Shown here: positions 40,250-48,900 of the stretch, piece after piece
Position numbering within the stretch: the first letter of the stretch is position 1
How the letters are laid out: each line of letters opens with the position of its first letter
NCBI GenBank assembly: GCA_963770565.1
Contig: CAVYQE010000001.1
Coordinates: 1,056,001 to 1,120,000, forward strand
DNA length: 64,000 nt
Origin: an uncultured Actinomycetota bacterium
GTDB taxonomy: Bacteria > Actinomycetota > Actinomycetes > JAFAQI01
Direction: 5' to 3'
Notes under the pieces: model-generated
What the model was told of the DNA's origin: nothing
The model's input: only the letters and a program-made list of their open reading frames with translations
The model's database searches: none
Position numbers and translations under genes: made by a program

Positions 40250-43200
40250 GTGAAGAGCGCGAGGGCCGCTGTCGGCTGTCCGCCCGGAGCGGCGTTTCGG
40301 CGAGTCGTCACCCTCGGTGCGGCCGCAGGCGTCGTGGCCGCTGTGCTGGCGTCCCCCGTACCGGCCGGCGCGTCGTCCAGCGTGGCCATGACACCACTGT
40401 CCTCGGGCTATGCCCGGGTCAGCCCGGCCGCCCGGCTTCCCTTCGGCGCCCGTCAGCTCGGCGCGGTCGACGGTGCCCGGCGGATCACTGGTGCGGTCAT
40501 GCTCCGCCCGCGCGACCCGGCGGCGCTCGAGCGAGCCGCGGCGGCAGTGTCGGAGCCGAGGTCGGCGCTGTACCACCACTACATCCCGAAGGGGTCCTTC
40601 GCCGCGGCGTACGGGCCGACGACCGCGACCATCAACGCGGTCAAGGCGGCGCTGTCGGCCAGCCACCTCGCCGTCTCGTCCGTGTCGGGCAACGGCATGC
40701 TCGTCCACTTCAGTGGCACCGCCGCCGCCGCCCAGTCGGCGTTCCGCACCACCCTCACCGACGTCCGGTTGGCGAACGGCCGGACCGGGATGGAAACCAC
40801 CTCGCCGGTGCAGCTTCCGGCGAGCATCGCCTCGCAGGTGACCGGGATCATCGGCCTGGACACTCTGGTCCGAGCCTCCACCAGCCTCAAGCACGCCACC
40901 CACCCGGCCGCCGTCCGGTCCGTGGCACCGGCGGTCAGCCCGGTGCCGGGCGCGCCAGCGGCCTGCAGTGACGCGACCGAGGCTGCGGTGGACTTCGGCG
41001 GGCTGACCGACGCCCAGATCGCGCACGCCTATGGGCTCAACGGTCTCTACAAGGCGGGCGACCTCGGAGCCGGCCAGACGGTCGGGATCTACGAGCTCGA
41101 GCCGTTCTCGACCAAGGACGTCTCGACGTTCGACAAGTGCTACTTCGGGTCGTCCACCGCCACGCAGATGCTCAGTCGGCTGCACACGATCGACATCGAC
41201 GGCGGCGGTGGCAACGGGCCCGGCAGTGGCGAGTCCATCCTCGACATCCAAGACGTCTCCGCGATCGCGCCCGACGCGACCATTGATGTCTACGAGGCGC
41301 CCAACACCACCGCAGGCGGGATGGACGAGCTCGACTCGATGGTCGAGTCCGACCAGGACCAGGTGGTGACCAGCAGCTGGGGCTTCTGCGAGATCGACGA
41401 GGTCAACCTGCAGCCCGGCTACATCAACGCCGAGAACGCGTTGTTCGAGCAGGCGGCCTTGCAGGGTCAGACCGTCTTGAACTCCTCCGGTGACTCCGGC
41501 TCCGACGAGTGCGCCTACGACAGCCCGGTGCCGGTCGCGCCGCTGCTGTCGCAGAGCGACCCGGCGAGCGAGCCGTTCGTGGTCGGTGTCGGCGGCACCA
41601 CGATCACCGATGCCGCCAACCCGCCGACCGAGCAGGTCTGGAACGACGGAAGCGACGGCGGCGCGAGCGGCGGCGGCCCATCCTCGATCTGGGGCGCGCC
41701 GAGCTGGCAGCAGCCGTTCATCGCGGGCGCGGACAAGGCGTCAGCCGCGCTCGCCGTCACCCGGTTCGGGCTCACGCCATGCAAGCAGTCGCCGGCCGAC
41801 GCGAGCCTGTGCCGAGAAGCCCCGGACGTTTCGGCACAGGCCGACGAATACACCGGCGCGATCACGATCTACACCGCGTCCTTCGGCGGCTGGACCACCG
41901 AGGGAGGGACGTCGTCCTCCGCGCCGCTGTGGGCCGGGATCCTCGCCGAGATCAACGCCTCGTCGTTGTGCCAGGCCAACGGTCCGCTCGGCTTCGTCGA
42001 CCCCTCGCTGTACGCCGTCGCGGCCAACAGTGCCACCTACAAGGCGTCGTTCAACGACGTCAAGCTCGGCAACAACGACGACTTCGACATTTCCGGTGGT
42101 GAGACCTTCCCGGCCGGGCCGGGGTACGACATGGCGACCGGGCTCGGGACCCCGAGGGTCGTCGGGCTGACCAACAACCTTTGTGCGCTGAACGGCCCGG
42201 TGACCTCACGCCCGACGATCACCTCAGTGGCCCCGCAAACGGTGTCGCCGAGCACGACCGGCTCGTTGACCATCACCGGCACCGGATTCGCCGGCGCCAA
42301 GAGTGTCTCGATCAACGCGTTTGCCGTACCGGCGTCGGACTGGTCGGCCTCGGACACCTCGATCGTCATCTCGCCGATCCCCACCGCCGCCGAGGTCGGC
42401 ACCGGATCGCAGGGGCCCCAGGACGGGACCGGTCGGGCGGTCGTGTCGGTGACCGGCGCGTCGGGTGCGACCACGATGCTCGACGCCAACGCCACGATGC
42501 TCTACGTCGACGAGACGACCGGCCCGATCCCGTCGGTGGGGGGCATCTCCGCCTACGGCGGACCGAAAGCCGGCGGCAACACCGTGACCGTCTTCGGCTC
42601 GGGGTTCGAGGCGACCGGACCGGACCAGATCACCGGCGTGACCGTCGGCGGAGTCGCGGCGAGCGGCTTCACCGTGCTGACGCCCGCGCTGCTGTCAGTG
42701 ACCATCCCGGGGTACGAGTCGGGAAACACCCAGTGCGCCGCCGGGAATAAGCCGGCCAAGGACGTCTGCCAGGCCCAGCTCATGGTTACCAACGCGAACG
42801 GGTCGAGCGCGCCGGCCACGATCCTGCCGCCGTACACCGGACAGGAGTACGGCGGGGTCAGCGGCGGCACGCCACTGCCGCCGTGCGTGAGCGCTGACAC
42901 CCCGACCTGCGAAATCGTGGCCGCGGTGACCGAGTACGACTACCTGCCGGTGCCGAGGATCACCTCGGTGACCACGACGCAGCAGGAGGATCCGGAGACC
43001 TGGGCCTCCGAGCAGGGCGTGACGCTCGCGACCGTCGACGGGGCCGGCTTCGACTACCTCGGGCTCGAATACACCAACGTGGGTTCACCGTCGGTCGCGA
43101 ACAACGAGGACTTCAGCATTCTCGACGTGACGCCGACCGAGTTCCACATCGTGCTGAATCCGATCGGCCGGACGCACGAGGCGGTGACGAAGCCGTTCAC

Positions 43201-44191
43201 CGTGCAGACCTTGGGCGGCCGCTCGGTGCCCTGGCTGATCCATTACGCGGGTGTTCCGACGATCACCTCGGTGTCGCCGACCGCGGGCCCGGACACCGGT
43301 GGCACGCACATCACGATCAAGGGGTCCGGCTTCGAGGGTGTCGCCCCCGCCGACGGCGGCGAGCTCGCCTTCGGCTACCTCCCGTTCAACGGCTCGACGC
43401 TGGAGCTGTCGGGATACGTCGTGGCCAGCGACACCAGGCTGACCGCCAAGACGCCGGCCAACAACCCGGGCGCATTCGCCACCCAGGCCTGCACGTTGAC
43501 CGGCTGCTTCCTGGCGACGAACAAGACACTGAAACGAACCTTGTTCGACTTCTACCAGCCCGGGGCGCCGAGGGTGAGCTCGCTGTCGGTGAGGTCGGGG
43601 CCGGCGTCTGGCGGCACCCGGGTCGTGATCCACGGCCACAACCTCGCCGACGCCGTCAAGGTGACCTTCGGCAACGCGGTGGCCGAGGCGACGAACGCGC
43701 CCGAGATTCTGACCAACGGCAGCAGCACCGAGGTCGATGCGCTCGCGCCACCCGGTCCGGCCGGCAAGACCGTGCACGTGCGGGTCACGACCGTGGAGAG
43801 CCGGGTCACCGGCGGGTCGGCGAGCCCGCCGAGCGTCGGCTCGGAGTTCCGCTACACGCTGAGCACGGCCTCGGCGCCACGCCACGTGCGGGTGACGCGC
43901 CACGCCACCACGCTGACGGTTCGCTGGCGCTCGCCGGCCTCCAACGGCGGCGACCCGATCCTCGGCTACCACGTGCGCGCCATCGCCGAGCCCGAGAGCA
44001 ACGGCACGACGCACAAGACTCCGCCGACCGTCTTCGTCGCGACCAAGGGCCGGGCGCTGCGCCACGCCCAGCTGACCGGGCTGCGTGGTGGCTGGCGTTA
44101 TGTCGTCAAGGTGCGGGCGATGACGACCAAGGGCCGCGGCCTGATCGGAAGGCCGCCGCACGACGACTTCCTGATCCACTCACCGGCGTGA
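40250..44191 (+). CDS. Second secreted sedolisin (S53)-IPT/TIG-FN3 protein, tandem paralog
   Basis: Same architecture: ESILD, SSGDSG, GGTSSSAP, GYDMATGLG, IPT repeats, FN3. GGGAG SD before GTG 40250. Confidence 0.9.
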   Translation: MKSARAAVGCPPGAAFRRVVTLGAAAGVVAAVLASPVPAGASSSVAMTPLSSGYARVSPAARLPFGARQLGAVDGARRITGAVMLRPRDPAALERAAAAVSEPRSALYHHYIPKGSFAAAYGPTTATINAVKAALSASHLAVSSVSGNGMLVHFSGTAAAAQSAFRTTLTDVRLANGRTGMETTSPVQLPASIASQVTGIIGLDTLVRASTSLKHATHPAAVRSVAPAVSPVPGAPAACSDATEAAVDFGGLTDAQIAHAYGLNGLYKAGDLGAGQTVGIYELEPFSTKDVSTFDKCYFGSSTATQMLSRLHTIDIDGGGGNGPGSGESILDIQDVSAIAPDATIDVYEAPNTTAGGMDELDSMVESDQDQVVTSSWGFCEIDEVNLQPGYINAENALFEQAALQGQTVLNSSGDSGSDECAYDSPVPVAPLLSQSDPASEPFVVGVGGTTITDAANPPTEQVWNDGSDGGASGGGPSSIWGAPSWQQPFIAGADKASAALAVTRFGLTPCKQSPADASLCREAPDVSAQADEYTGAITIYTASFGGWTTEGGTSSSAPLWAGILAEINASSLCQANGPLGFVDPSLYAVAANSATYKASFNDVKLGNNDDFDISGGETFPAGPGYDMATGLGTPRVVGLTNNLCALNGPVTSRPTITSVAPQTVSPSTTGSLTITGTGFAGAKSVSINAFAVPASDWSASDTSIVISPIPTAAEVGTGSQGPQDGTGRAVVSVTGASGATTMLDANATMLYVDETTGPIPSVGGISAYGGPKAGGNTVTVFGSGFEATGPDQITGVTVGGVAASGFTVLTPALLSVTIPGYESGNTQCAAGNKPAKDVCQAQLMVTNANGSSAPATILPPYTGQEYGGVSGGTPLPPCVSADTPTCEIVAAVTEYDYLPVPRITSVTTTQQEDPETWASEQGVTLATVDGAGFDYLGLEYTNVGSPSVANNEDFSILDVTPTEFHIVLNPIGRTHEAVTKPFTVQTLGGRSVPWLIHYAGVPTITSVSPTAGPDTGGTHITIKGSGFEGVAPADGGELAFGYLPFNGSTLELSGYVVASDTRLTAKTPANNPGAFATQACTLTGCFLATNKTLKRTLFDFYQPGAPRVSSLSVRSGPASGGTRVVIHGHNLADAVKVTFGNAVAEATNAPEILTNGSSTEVDALAPPGPAGKTVHVRVTTVESRVTGGSASPPSVGSEFRYTLSTASAPRHVRVTRHATTLTVRWRSPASNGGDPILGYHVRAIAEPESNGTTHKTPPTVFVATKGRALRHAQLTGLRGGWRYVVKVRAMTTKGRGLIGRPPHDDFLIHSPA

Positions 44192-44250
44192 TCGGAGTGG
44201 CGCTCGAGTGCGTTTGGCGAGCGCCATGAGCCGTCCGTAGGGTCGCAATT

Positions 44251-47200
44251 GTGCGGGTGGGCATACTCGGGTCGGTCGAGGTGAGCGACGGCACCGCCGT
44301 GGTCGCGATCGGTGGCCCGAGGCAGCGCGCGGTTCTCGCCGTACTCGGGCTGCTGGCCGGCACCGTCGTGAGCACCGAGCAGCTTGCCGACGCGGTCTGG
44401 GCCGGTACTCCGCCGCGGACCGCTGACCACACCTTGCACAACTACGTGCTCCGGTTGCGCCGGCTCGGCCTGGCGATCGCCCGGGTCGACGACGGCTATC
44501 GGCTGGATTCGCCGACCGATGTCGCCGAGTTCGAACAAGCGGTCGCGCGCGCCCAGGCCCGGCCGGAGAACACCCGGGCCGAACCCCTTGCGGCCGCCCT
44601 TGCGCTCGTGCGGGGCGCCCCCGGCCAAGGGCTGGGCGATTCCGACCTGATCCGGGTCCGGCGGGCGGAGCTCGCCGAGCTGGTGGAGACCGTGCGAGAG
44701 GACGCCGCGGCGGCCGGCCTCGCGGTGGTGACGAGCGCCACGGCCGGGCGGCTGGTGTCCGAGCTTCGCGGCATGGTCAGCGCCGAGCCCTATCGCGAAC
44801 GACGGTGGGAGCTGTTGATGCTCGCGCTGTATCGCGCCGGGCGGCAAAGCGAGGCGCTCGAGGCGTTCGCTGAGGCCCGTGAGCTGCTGGCCCAGGATCT
44901 CGGTATCGATCCTTCACCCGCGCTTCGGCGCGCGCAGCAGGCGGTGCTGTCCCAGGACCCGGCGATCGGCGGTTCGGCCGACGTGGTCGACCATCCGGCC
45001 GCCATGACCGGCGGCGGTCGTGCGCTGCCCGGTCTCGCGACCCGGATGGTCGGCCGGCGACCCGAGCGGGCCGCACTGCGATCGGCGCTCGAAAGCTCGC
45101 GGCTGGTCACCCTGCTCGGACCGCTCGGAGTCGGCAAGACCCGCCTTGCGATGGAGGTCGCGCACGAGGAGACCGGGCCGGTGTGGTTCGTCGCGATGGA
45201 AGGTCTGGCCGCTCCTACCTCGGTGGCCGAGGCGGTCGTTGCGGTCGTGTCGCCGACCTCGCGCGCGAGCAGCCCGCGCGACGGCCTGATCGGGGCGCTG
45301 GTCGACAGCTCAGGTCTGCTCGTGCTCGACGCCGCGGAGCAACGGGTCGAGGAGGTCGGTGCGCTTGCGGTCGACCTGCTGAGCAGCTGTGCCGGGATCA
45401 GGCTGCTCGTGACCAGCCGGCAGACCCTTCGGGTGCATGACGAGGCCACCGTGCCGCTCGGCGCGCTCACGGTTGAGGATCGGCGTACTTTGCTGGTCGA
45501 CCGGGCCCGGCTGTCCGAGCCGGGATTCGCCCTCGCAACCGCGGATGCGGGCGCCGCCGACCGGCTCTGCGCGCTGGTCGACGGGCTGCCGCTCGGGATC
45601 GAGCTGGTGGCTCGGCACCTTCGCCTGCTGTCGGTCCGCGAACTGGCCGATCGCGTCGACGCCGATCTCGACCGCTGGACGAGCGGGCCGGGTGATGAGA
45701 CGGCCGGGCTGGTGGGCGCGGTGGCGGCCGGTGTCGCCGACCTGTCCGAGTCGCTGCAGGCGTTCCTGGTCCGGCTGTCGGTGCTGCCGGCCGAGGCCGA
45801 CCTCGACCTGGTCCACGACGTTGCGGCGTCGGATGCCAGCGATGACTGGGTTTTCGAGGCGCTCGCGCTGCTCGTCGACCGCAGCCTGGTCCAGGTGCGG
45901 GCCGGCCCGGTCGGCGTACGTTACGCGTTGCTCTTGTCGGTGCGGCGCTACTGCTTGTCGCTGCTCTCGGAGCCGGAACGGCGCTTGGTCGAGCAGGCCT
46001 ACGTCGCTGCAGTGTTGCGACGCAGCGAGCGACTTGCCTCCGGGCTGCGATCGCAACGGAGGCCGGAAGTGCTCGCGGCGCTCGACGCCGACGTGCCGCA
46101 CCTGCACACCGCGTTGGCGACGAGCATCGACAACGGCGATCCGGCCGCCGCGCTGAGGGTCGCCACCGATCTCGGCGAGTACTGGCTCGCTCGTCGCCCG
46201 GGTGAGGGGTTGGCCTGGTTGCAGCGGCTCCTCGCGGTCGCTTCGGTCTCGGGTGTCGATCGCGCGCGGGTGTTGTTGCAGATGGGACATCTGGCGTACT
46301 GGCTGACCGACTTCGATCTCGGTGCCCGCCTGCTCGCCGAAGCGCGCGATCTGTTGAGCGTCGATGCCGACCCGGTCCTGCTGGGTCGGGTACTGCGGCG
46401 GATGGGTGCCATCGCCGCGGCCCGGGACGACGTCGTGACCGCCAAGGGCCTGTTGGAGGACTCGGTCGAGTTGCTTCGCGGCGCCGGCGACGAACCCGAG
46501 GAGGCCGTCTCGCTGCTGCACCTCGGCTCGCTGCTCGCCGACGAGAGCCGGACCGCCGAGGCACTGCCGCTGCTCGTCCGGGCCCGCGACGAGCTGCGGG
46601 CCGCCGGCGACCCGCTTCAGGAGGGCCACGCGCTCGCCGCGCTGTCTCTGGCCTGGTGGAAGGCCGGCGACCTGGTGGCCGCGCTCGGTGCCGCCGAGCG
46701 CGCTCTGGACCGCTTCCATGAGCTCGGCCATCGGCCGACCGAGGGAGTGATCGGCTACCGCCTGGCGGCAGTGACCCGAGCTCTCGGCCGGCCCGAGGCG
46801 TCCCGCTCGTACGCCGAAGGCGCCCTCGCCGCCGGGGTCCACACCGGCACCCGGACGACGATCGCGCTGGCGGAGCTTGCGCTGGCGCGACTCGACCTCG
46901 ACCAAGGCGTCCCCGCGGATGCCGCCACCCGCCTGGTGGCAGCGCTCGAACAGCTCGACGTCGATGCCGATCGCTGGGTCCTGGCGGAGGCATTGGAGGT
47001 GACCGGCCGGCTCCAGCTGGAGCGCGGGTTGCCGGCGCGCGCAGTGCTGACCGAGGCGGCGGCGCTTCGCGAGCTGATCGGCCAGCCGCCGCCGCCGGCC
47101 GTGGCCGCCGAGCTGGCCGAGCTGGCGGAGCGGGCCGAGCTGGCCGATGTCGAGGGAACCAGCGAGCGCGACCACCCGGTGGCGGCGATCGCGGAGCCGG

Positions 47201-47283
47201 CTGCCCTGCGGTCCTGGGCGCTCGACCTCTGCTGGTCGCTCGGCGGCGGTGCCGGCAGCGCGGCACCCAGCCGCAGGAGTTGA
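44251..47283 (+). CDS. AfsR/SARP-type regulator (OmpR-like HTH, BTAD, NB-ARC-like ATPase, TPR)
   Basis: ILGSVEV, EPYRERRWELLMLALYRAGRQSEAL, LGIDPSPAL, P-loop GPLGVGKT, DGLPLGIEL, TPR-like helices. Confidence 0.9.
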   Translation: MRVGILGSVEVSDGTAVVAIGGPRQRAVLAVLGLLAGTVVSTEQLADAVWAGTPPRTADHTLHNYVLRLRRLGLAIARVDDGYRLDSPTDVAEFEQAVARAQARPENTRAEPLAAALALVRGAPGQGLGDSDLIRVRRAELAELVETVREDAAAAGLAVVTSATAGRLVSELRGMVSAEPYRERRWELLMLALYRAGRQSEALEAFAEARELLAQDLGIDPSPALRRAQQAVLSQDPAIGGSADVVDHPAAMTGGGRALPGLATRMVGRRPERAALRSALESSRLVTLLGPLGVGKTRLAMEVAHEETGPVWFVAMEGLAAPTSVAEAVVAVVSPTSRASSPRDGLIGALVDSSGLLVLDAAEQRVEEVGALAVDLLSSCAGIRLLVTSRQTLRVHDEATVPLGALTVEDRRTLLVDRARLSEPGFALATADAGAADRLCALVDGLPLGIELVARHLRLLSVRELADRVDADLDRWTSGPGDETAGLVGAVAAGVADLSESLQAFLVRLSVLPAEADLDLVHDVAASDASDDWVFEALALLVDRSLVQVRAGPVGVRYALLLSVRRYCLSLLSEPERRLVEQAYVAAVLRRSERLASGLRSQRRPEVLAALDADVPHLHTALATSIDNGDPAAALRVATDLGEYWLARRPGEGLAWLQRLLAVASVSGVDRARVLLQMGHLAYWLTDFDLGARLLAEARDLLSVDADPVLLGRVLRRMGAIAAARDDVVTAKGLLEDSVELLRGAGDEPEEAVSLLHLGSLLADESRTAEALPLLVRARDELRAAGDPLQEGHALAALSLAWWKAGDLVAALGAAERALDRFHELGHRPTEGVIGYRLAAVTRALGRPEASRSYAEGALAAGVHTGTRTTIALAELALARLDLDQGVPADAATRLVAALEQLDVDADRWVLAEALEVTGRLQLERGLPARAVLTEAAALRELIGQPPPPAVAAELAELAERAELADVEGTSERDHPVAAIAEPAALRSWALDLCWSLGGGAGSAAPSRRS

Positions 47284-47288
47284 GTAGC

Positions 47289-47531
47289 GTGGCTGACATG
47301 AACGACGAGCAGATCCACGAGACGATCAATCGCCTGGTCGCCGAGGAGCACCAGCTGCGTACTCAGCGGCATCACACGGCCGAGCAGCAGGACCAGCTGA
47401 CCGGGCTGGAAGCGGCGCTCGACCAATGTTGGGATCTGCTGCGCCAGCGCGACGCACTCCGCAACGCCGGCGCCGACCCTTCGGCGGCTCAGCCCCGCCC
47501 GATCTCCGAAGTCGAGGGCTACCTCCAATAG
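47289..47531 (+). CDS. DUF2630 family protein
   Basis: LVAEEH.LR, LDQCWDLLRQR.A, ..RP...VEGYLQ. Confidence 0.85.
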   Translation: MADMNDEQIHETINRLVAEEHQLRTQRHHTAEQQDQLTGLEAALDQCWDLLRQRDALRNAGADPSAAQPRPISEVEGYLQ

Positions 47532-47544
47532 CGGGGTCCCCCCA

Positions 47545-47621
47545 GCAATGTCACATTGCCCAGCCCTTTGCGGGGGTGGTGTGACATTGCCCCGCGGTAC
47601 GCGGGGGTGATGTGACATTGC
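47545..47621. repeat. Left array: three 15-bp palindromic units at 31-bp period
   Basis: GCAATGTCACATTGC 47545-47559, GTGGTGTGACATTGC 47576-47590, GTGATGTGACATTGC 47607-47621, with 16-bp GC-rich spacers. Confidence 0.92.
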
Positions 47622-47706
47622 CCACCGGTGGGCACGGGTGGCGCGCCCATCCACAGATCGAGCTGGCCGGCCGCGTTCGCTCGGGCCGGCATTCAGGCTC
47701 CGCAGA

Positions 47707-48690
47707 ATGACCGAGACTTCAGAGACCTTCGAGCGGACGCTCACCCGGCAGGATCAGCTTTGTACCCGGCGGCAGGCGCTTCGGTGGATGACCGAGGCTG
47801 AGATCGACAGCCGACTCGGGCGGCGCTGGCAGGTAATCGTGCCGGGTGTCTACGGCACCTTCACCGGCATTCTCACCGAGCGTCAGCGCCAGCGCGCGGC
47901 GCTCCTCCATGCCGGCGACGGGTCCATGCTGACCGACACCTCCGCGCTCGCGCTTCACCGGTTGCCGTACCTGCCGTCGGACGCCCATATCCGGGTGCTG
48001 GTCGGTGCCGATGTGCAACGCACCTCGCGCGACTTCATGGTGATCCGGCGTACGACGAGGCTGCCGCGCGCCGTTGTGGTGGACGGGTTGCCGATCGCGC
48101 CGGTCGTTCGGGCGCTGTGTGACTTCGCCGTCCGGCACGATGACGAGCGGGATGCTCTGGCGGTCGTTGTGGCCGCCGTACAGCTGGGGCGCGTGTCGCT
48201 CGAACATCTCGTCGACGAGGTGCGACTTGGGCCGGCCCGTGGCCGCCCACGTCTGTGCCGGATCATCAACGGTTTGCAGGTCGGCATCCGGTCGGCCCCG
48301 GAGGATGACTTCCGCCAGCTGGTCCGTCGCAGTCGGATCCTGCCGGAGCCGCTGTGGAATCCGCTCTTGCGCCTCCCGGACGGCCAGTTGGTCAGCCCCG
48401 ACGCCCTGTTTGCCGACTCCGGGCTCATTCACGAGACGAACGGCCTCATCGCGCACGGTGAGAGCGCTGCGTTCGAGGAGATGCAGCGCCGCCATGACCG
48501 ATTGGTGACGATCGGTTTCACCGTGCTGCACAACGCACCTCATCGGCTTCGTGCACGGGGTCGCGCGGTGATCGCCGAGGTCGAGGCGTGCCATCTGCGC
48601 CTGGCCGGCCGGGGATTGCCGCCGGGTGTGACCCTGGTCCGTCCCGGCCCGCCCGGCACGCCGTACCTCGAGGTCCCGAAAGCAATGTGA
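47707..48690 (+). CDS. AbiEi-like N-terminus plus DUF559/Vsr-like PD-(D/E)XK-fold protein (Rv1482c/Rv3555c-like family)
   Basis: RQD.L.TRRQA, W..IVPGVY, AALL.AG, SAL.LH, P..RAL.D, RS.PE, PDAL, E.NG..AH, R...L...GF.VLH. Confidence 0.75.
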   Translation: MTETSETFERTLTRQDQLCTRRQALRWMTEAEIDSRLGRRWQVIVPGVYGTFTGILTERQRQRAALLHAGDGSMLTDTSALALHRLPYLPSDAHIRVLVGADVQRTSRDFMVIRRTTRLPRAVVVDGLPIAPVVRALCDFAVRHDDERDALAVVVAAVQLGRVSLEHLVDEVRLGPARGRPRLCRIINGLQVGIRSAPEDDFRQLVRRSRILPEPLWNPLLRLPDGQLVSPDALFADSGLIHETNGLIAHGESAAFEEMQRRHDRLVTIGFTVLHNAPHRLRARGRAVIAEVEACHLRLAGRGLPPGVTLVRPGPPGTPYLEVPKAM

Positions 48691-48758
48691 CATTGCCCCC
48701 GGCTTTGCCGGGGCAATGTCACAGCACCCCAGGAAGGGCCTGGGCAATGTGACATTGC
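48682..48758. repeat. Right array: three 15-bp palindromic units at 31-bp period
   Basis: GCAATGTGACATTGC 48682-48696 (contains the ORF stop), GCAATGTCACAGCAC 48713-48727, GCAATGTGACATTGC 48744-48758, with hairpin spacers. Confidence 0.92.
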
Positions 48759-48769
48759 TTCGAACGGGG

Positions 48770-48811
48770 GTTGCGAGTCCGTTGCGAGCAGGTTGCGACT
48801 GGGGTTGCTGA
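48770..48811 (+). repeat. Four GTTGC(GA) direct repeats at 11-12 bp spacing
   Basis: gttgcgag 48770, gttgcgag 48781, gttgcgac 48792, gttgctga 48804. Confidence 0.65.
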
Positions 48812-48867
48812 GGATCAAGCGGCTCGTGGCCGCCACGGTGGCGGACCGTTGCCGCTAGGCACGCGGG

Positions 48868-48900
48868 GGAACCCGCGACCCCTCGTGGGTCGCGGGTTCC
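48868..48900. promoter_or_regulatory. Perfect 14-bp stem-loop just upstream of menB
   Basis: ggaacccgcgaccc-ctcgt-gggtcgcgggttcc, followed by TAGGAT and GTG 48913. Confidence 0.55.

Larger units (their letters stand above)
47545..48758. mobile_element. Candidate repeat-bounded cassette (inverted arrays plus a nuclease-fold gene); mobility unproven
   Basis: Left and right arrays are reverse complements at 63/77 positions (hand alignment). No target-site duplication or DDE transposase seen. Confidence 0.45.

Noticed and set aside
36126-44191. Assembly duplication of the S53 gene
   Set aside because: The two copies differ throughout at nucleotide and amino-acid level.
47100-47150. GAGCTGGCC-type tandem repeat at the BTAD gene 3' end
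   Set aside because: Simply encodes low-complexity AELAELAERAELA.
47545-48758. CRISPR array interpretation of the 31-bp-period repeats
   Set aside because: Units are 15 bp and spacers 16 bp (too short), with only three per array. Spacers are self-complementary and related between arrays, and no cas gene is in the window.
47545-48758. Classical IS element or CRP sites
   Set aside because: No DDE, HUH or recombinase motif and no target-site duplication. The TGTGA core lacks the TGTGA-N6-TCACA geometry of CRP/GlxR sites.
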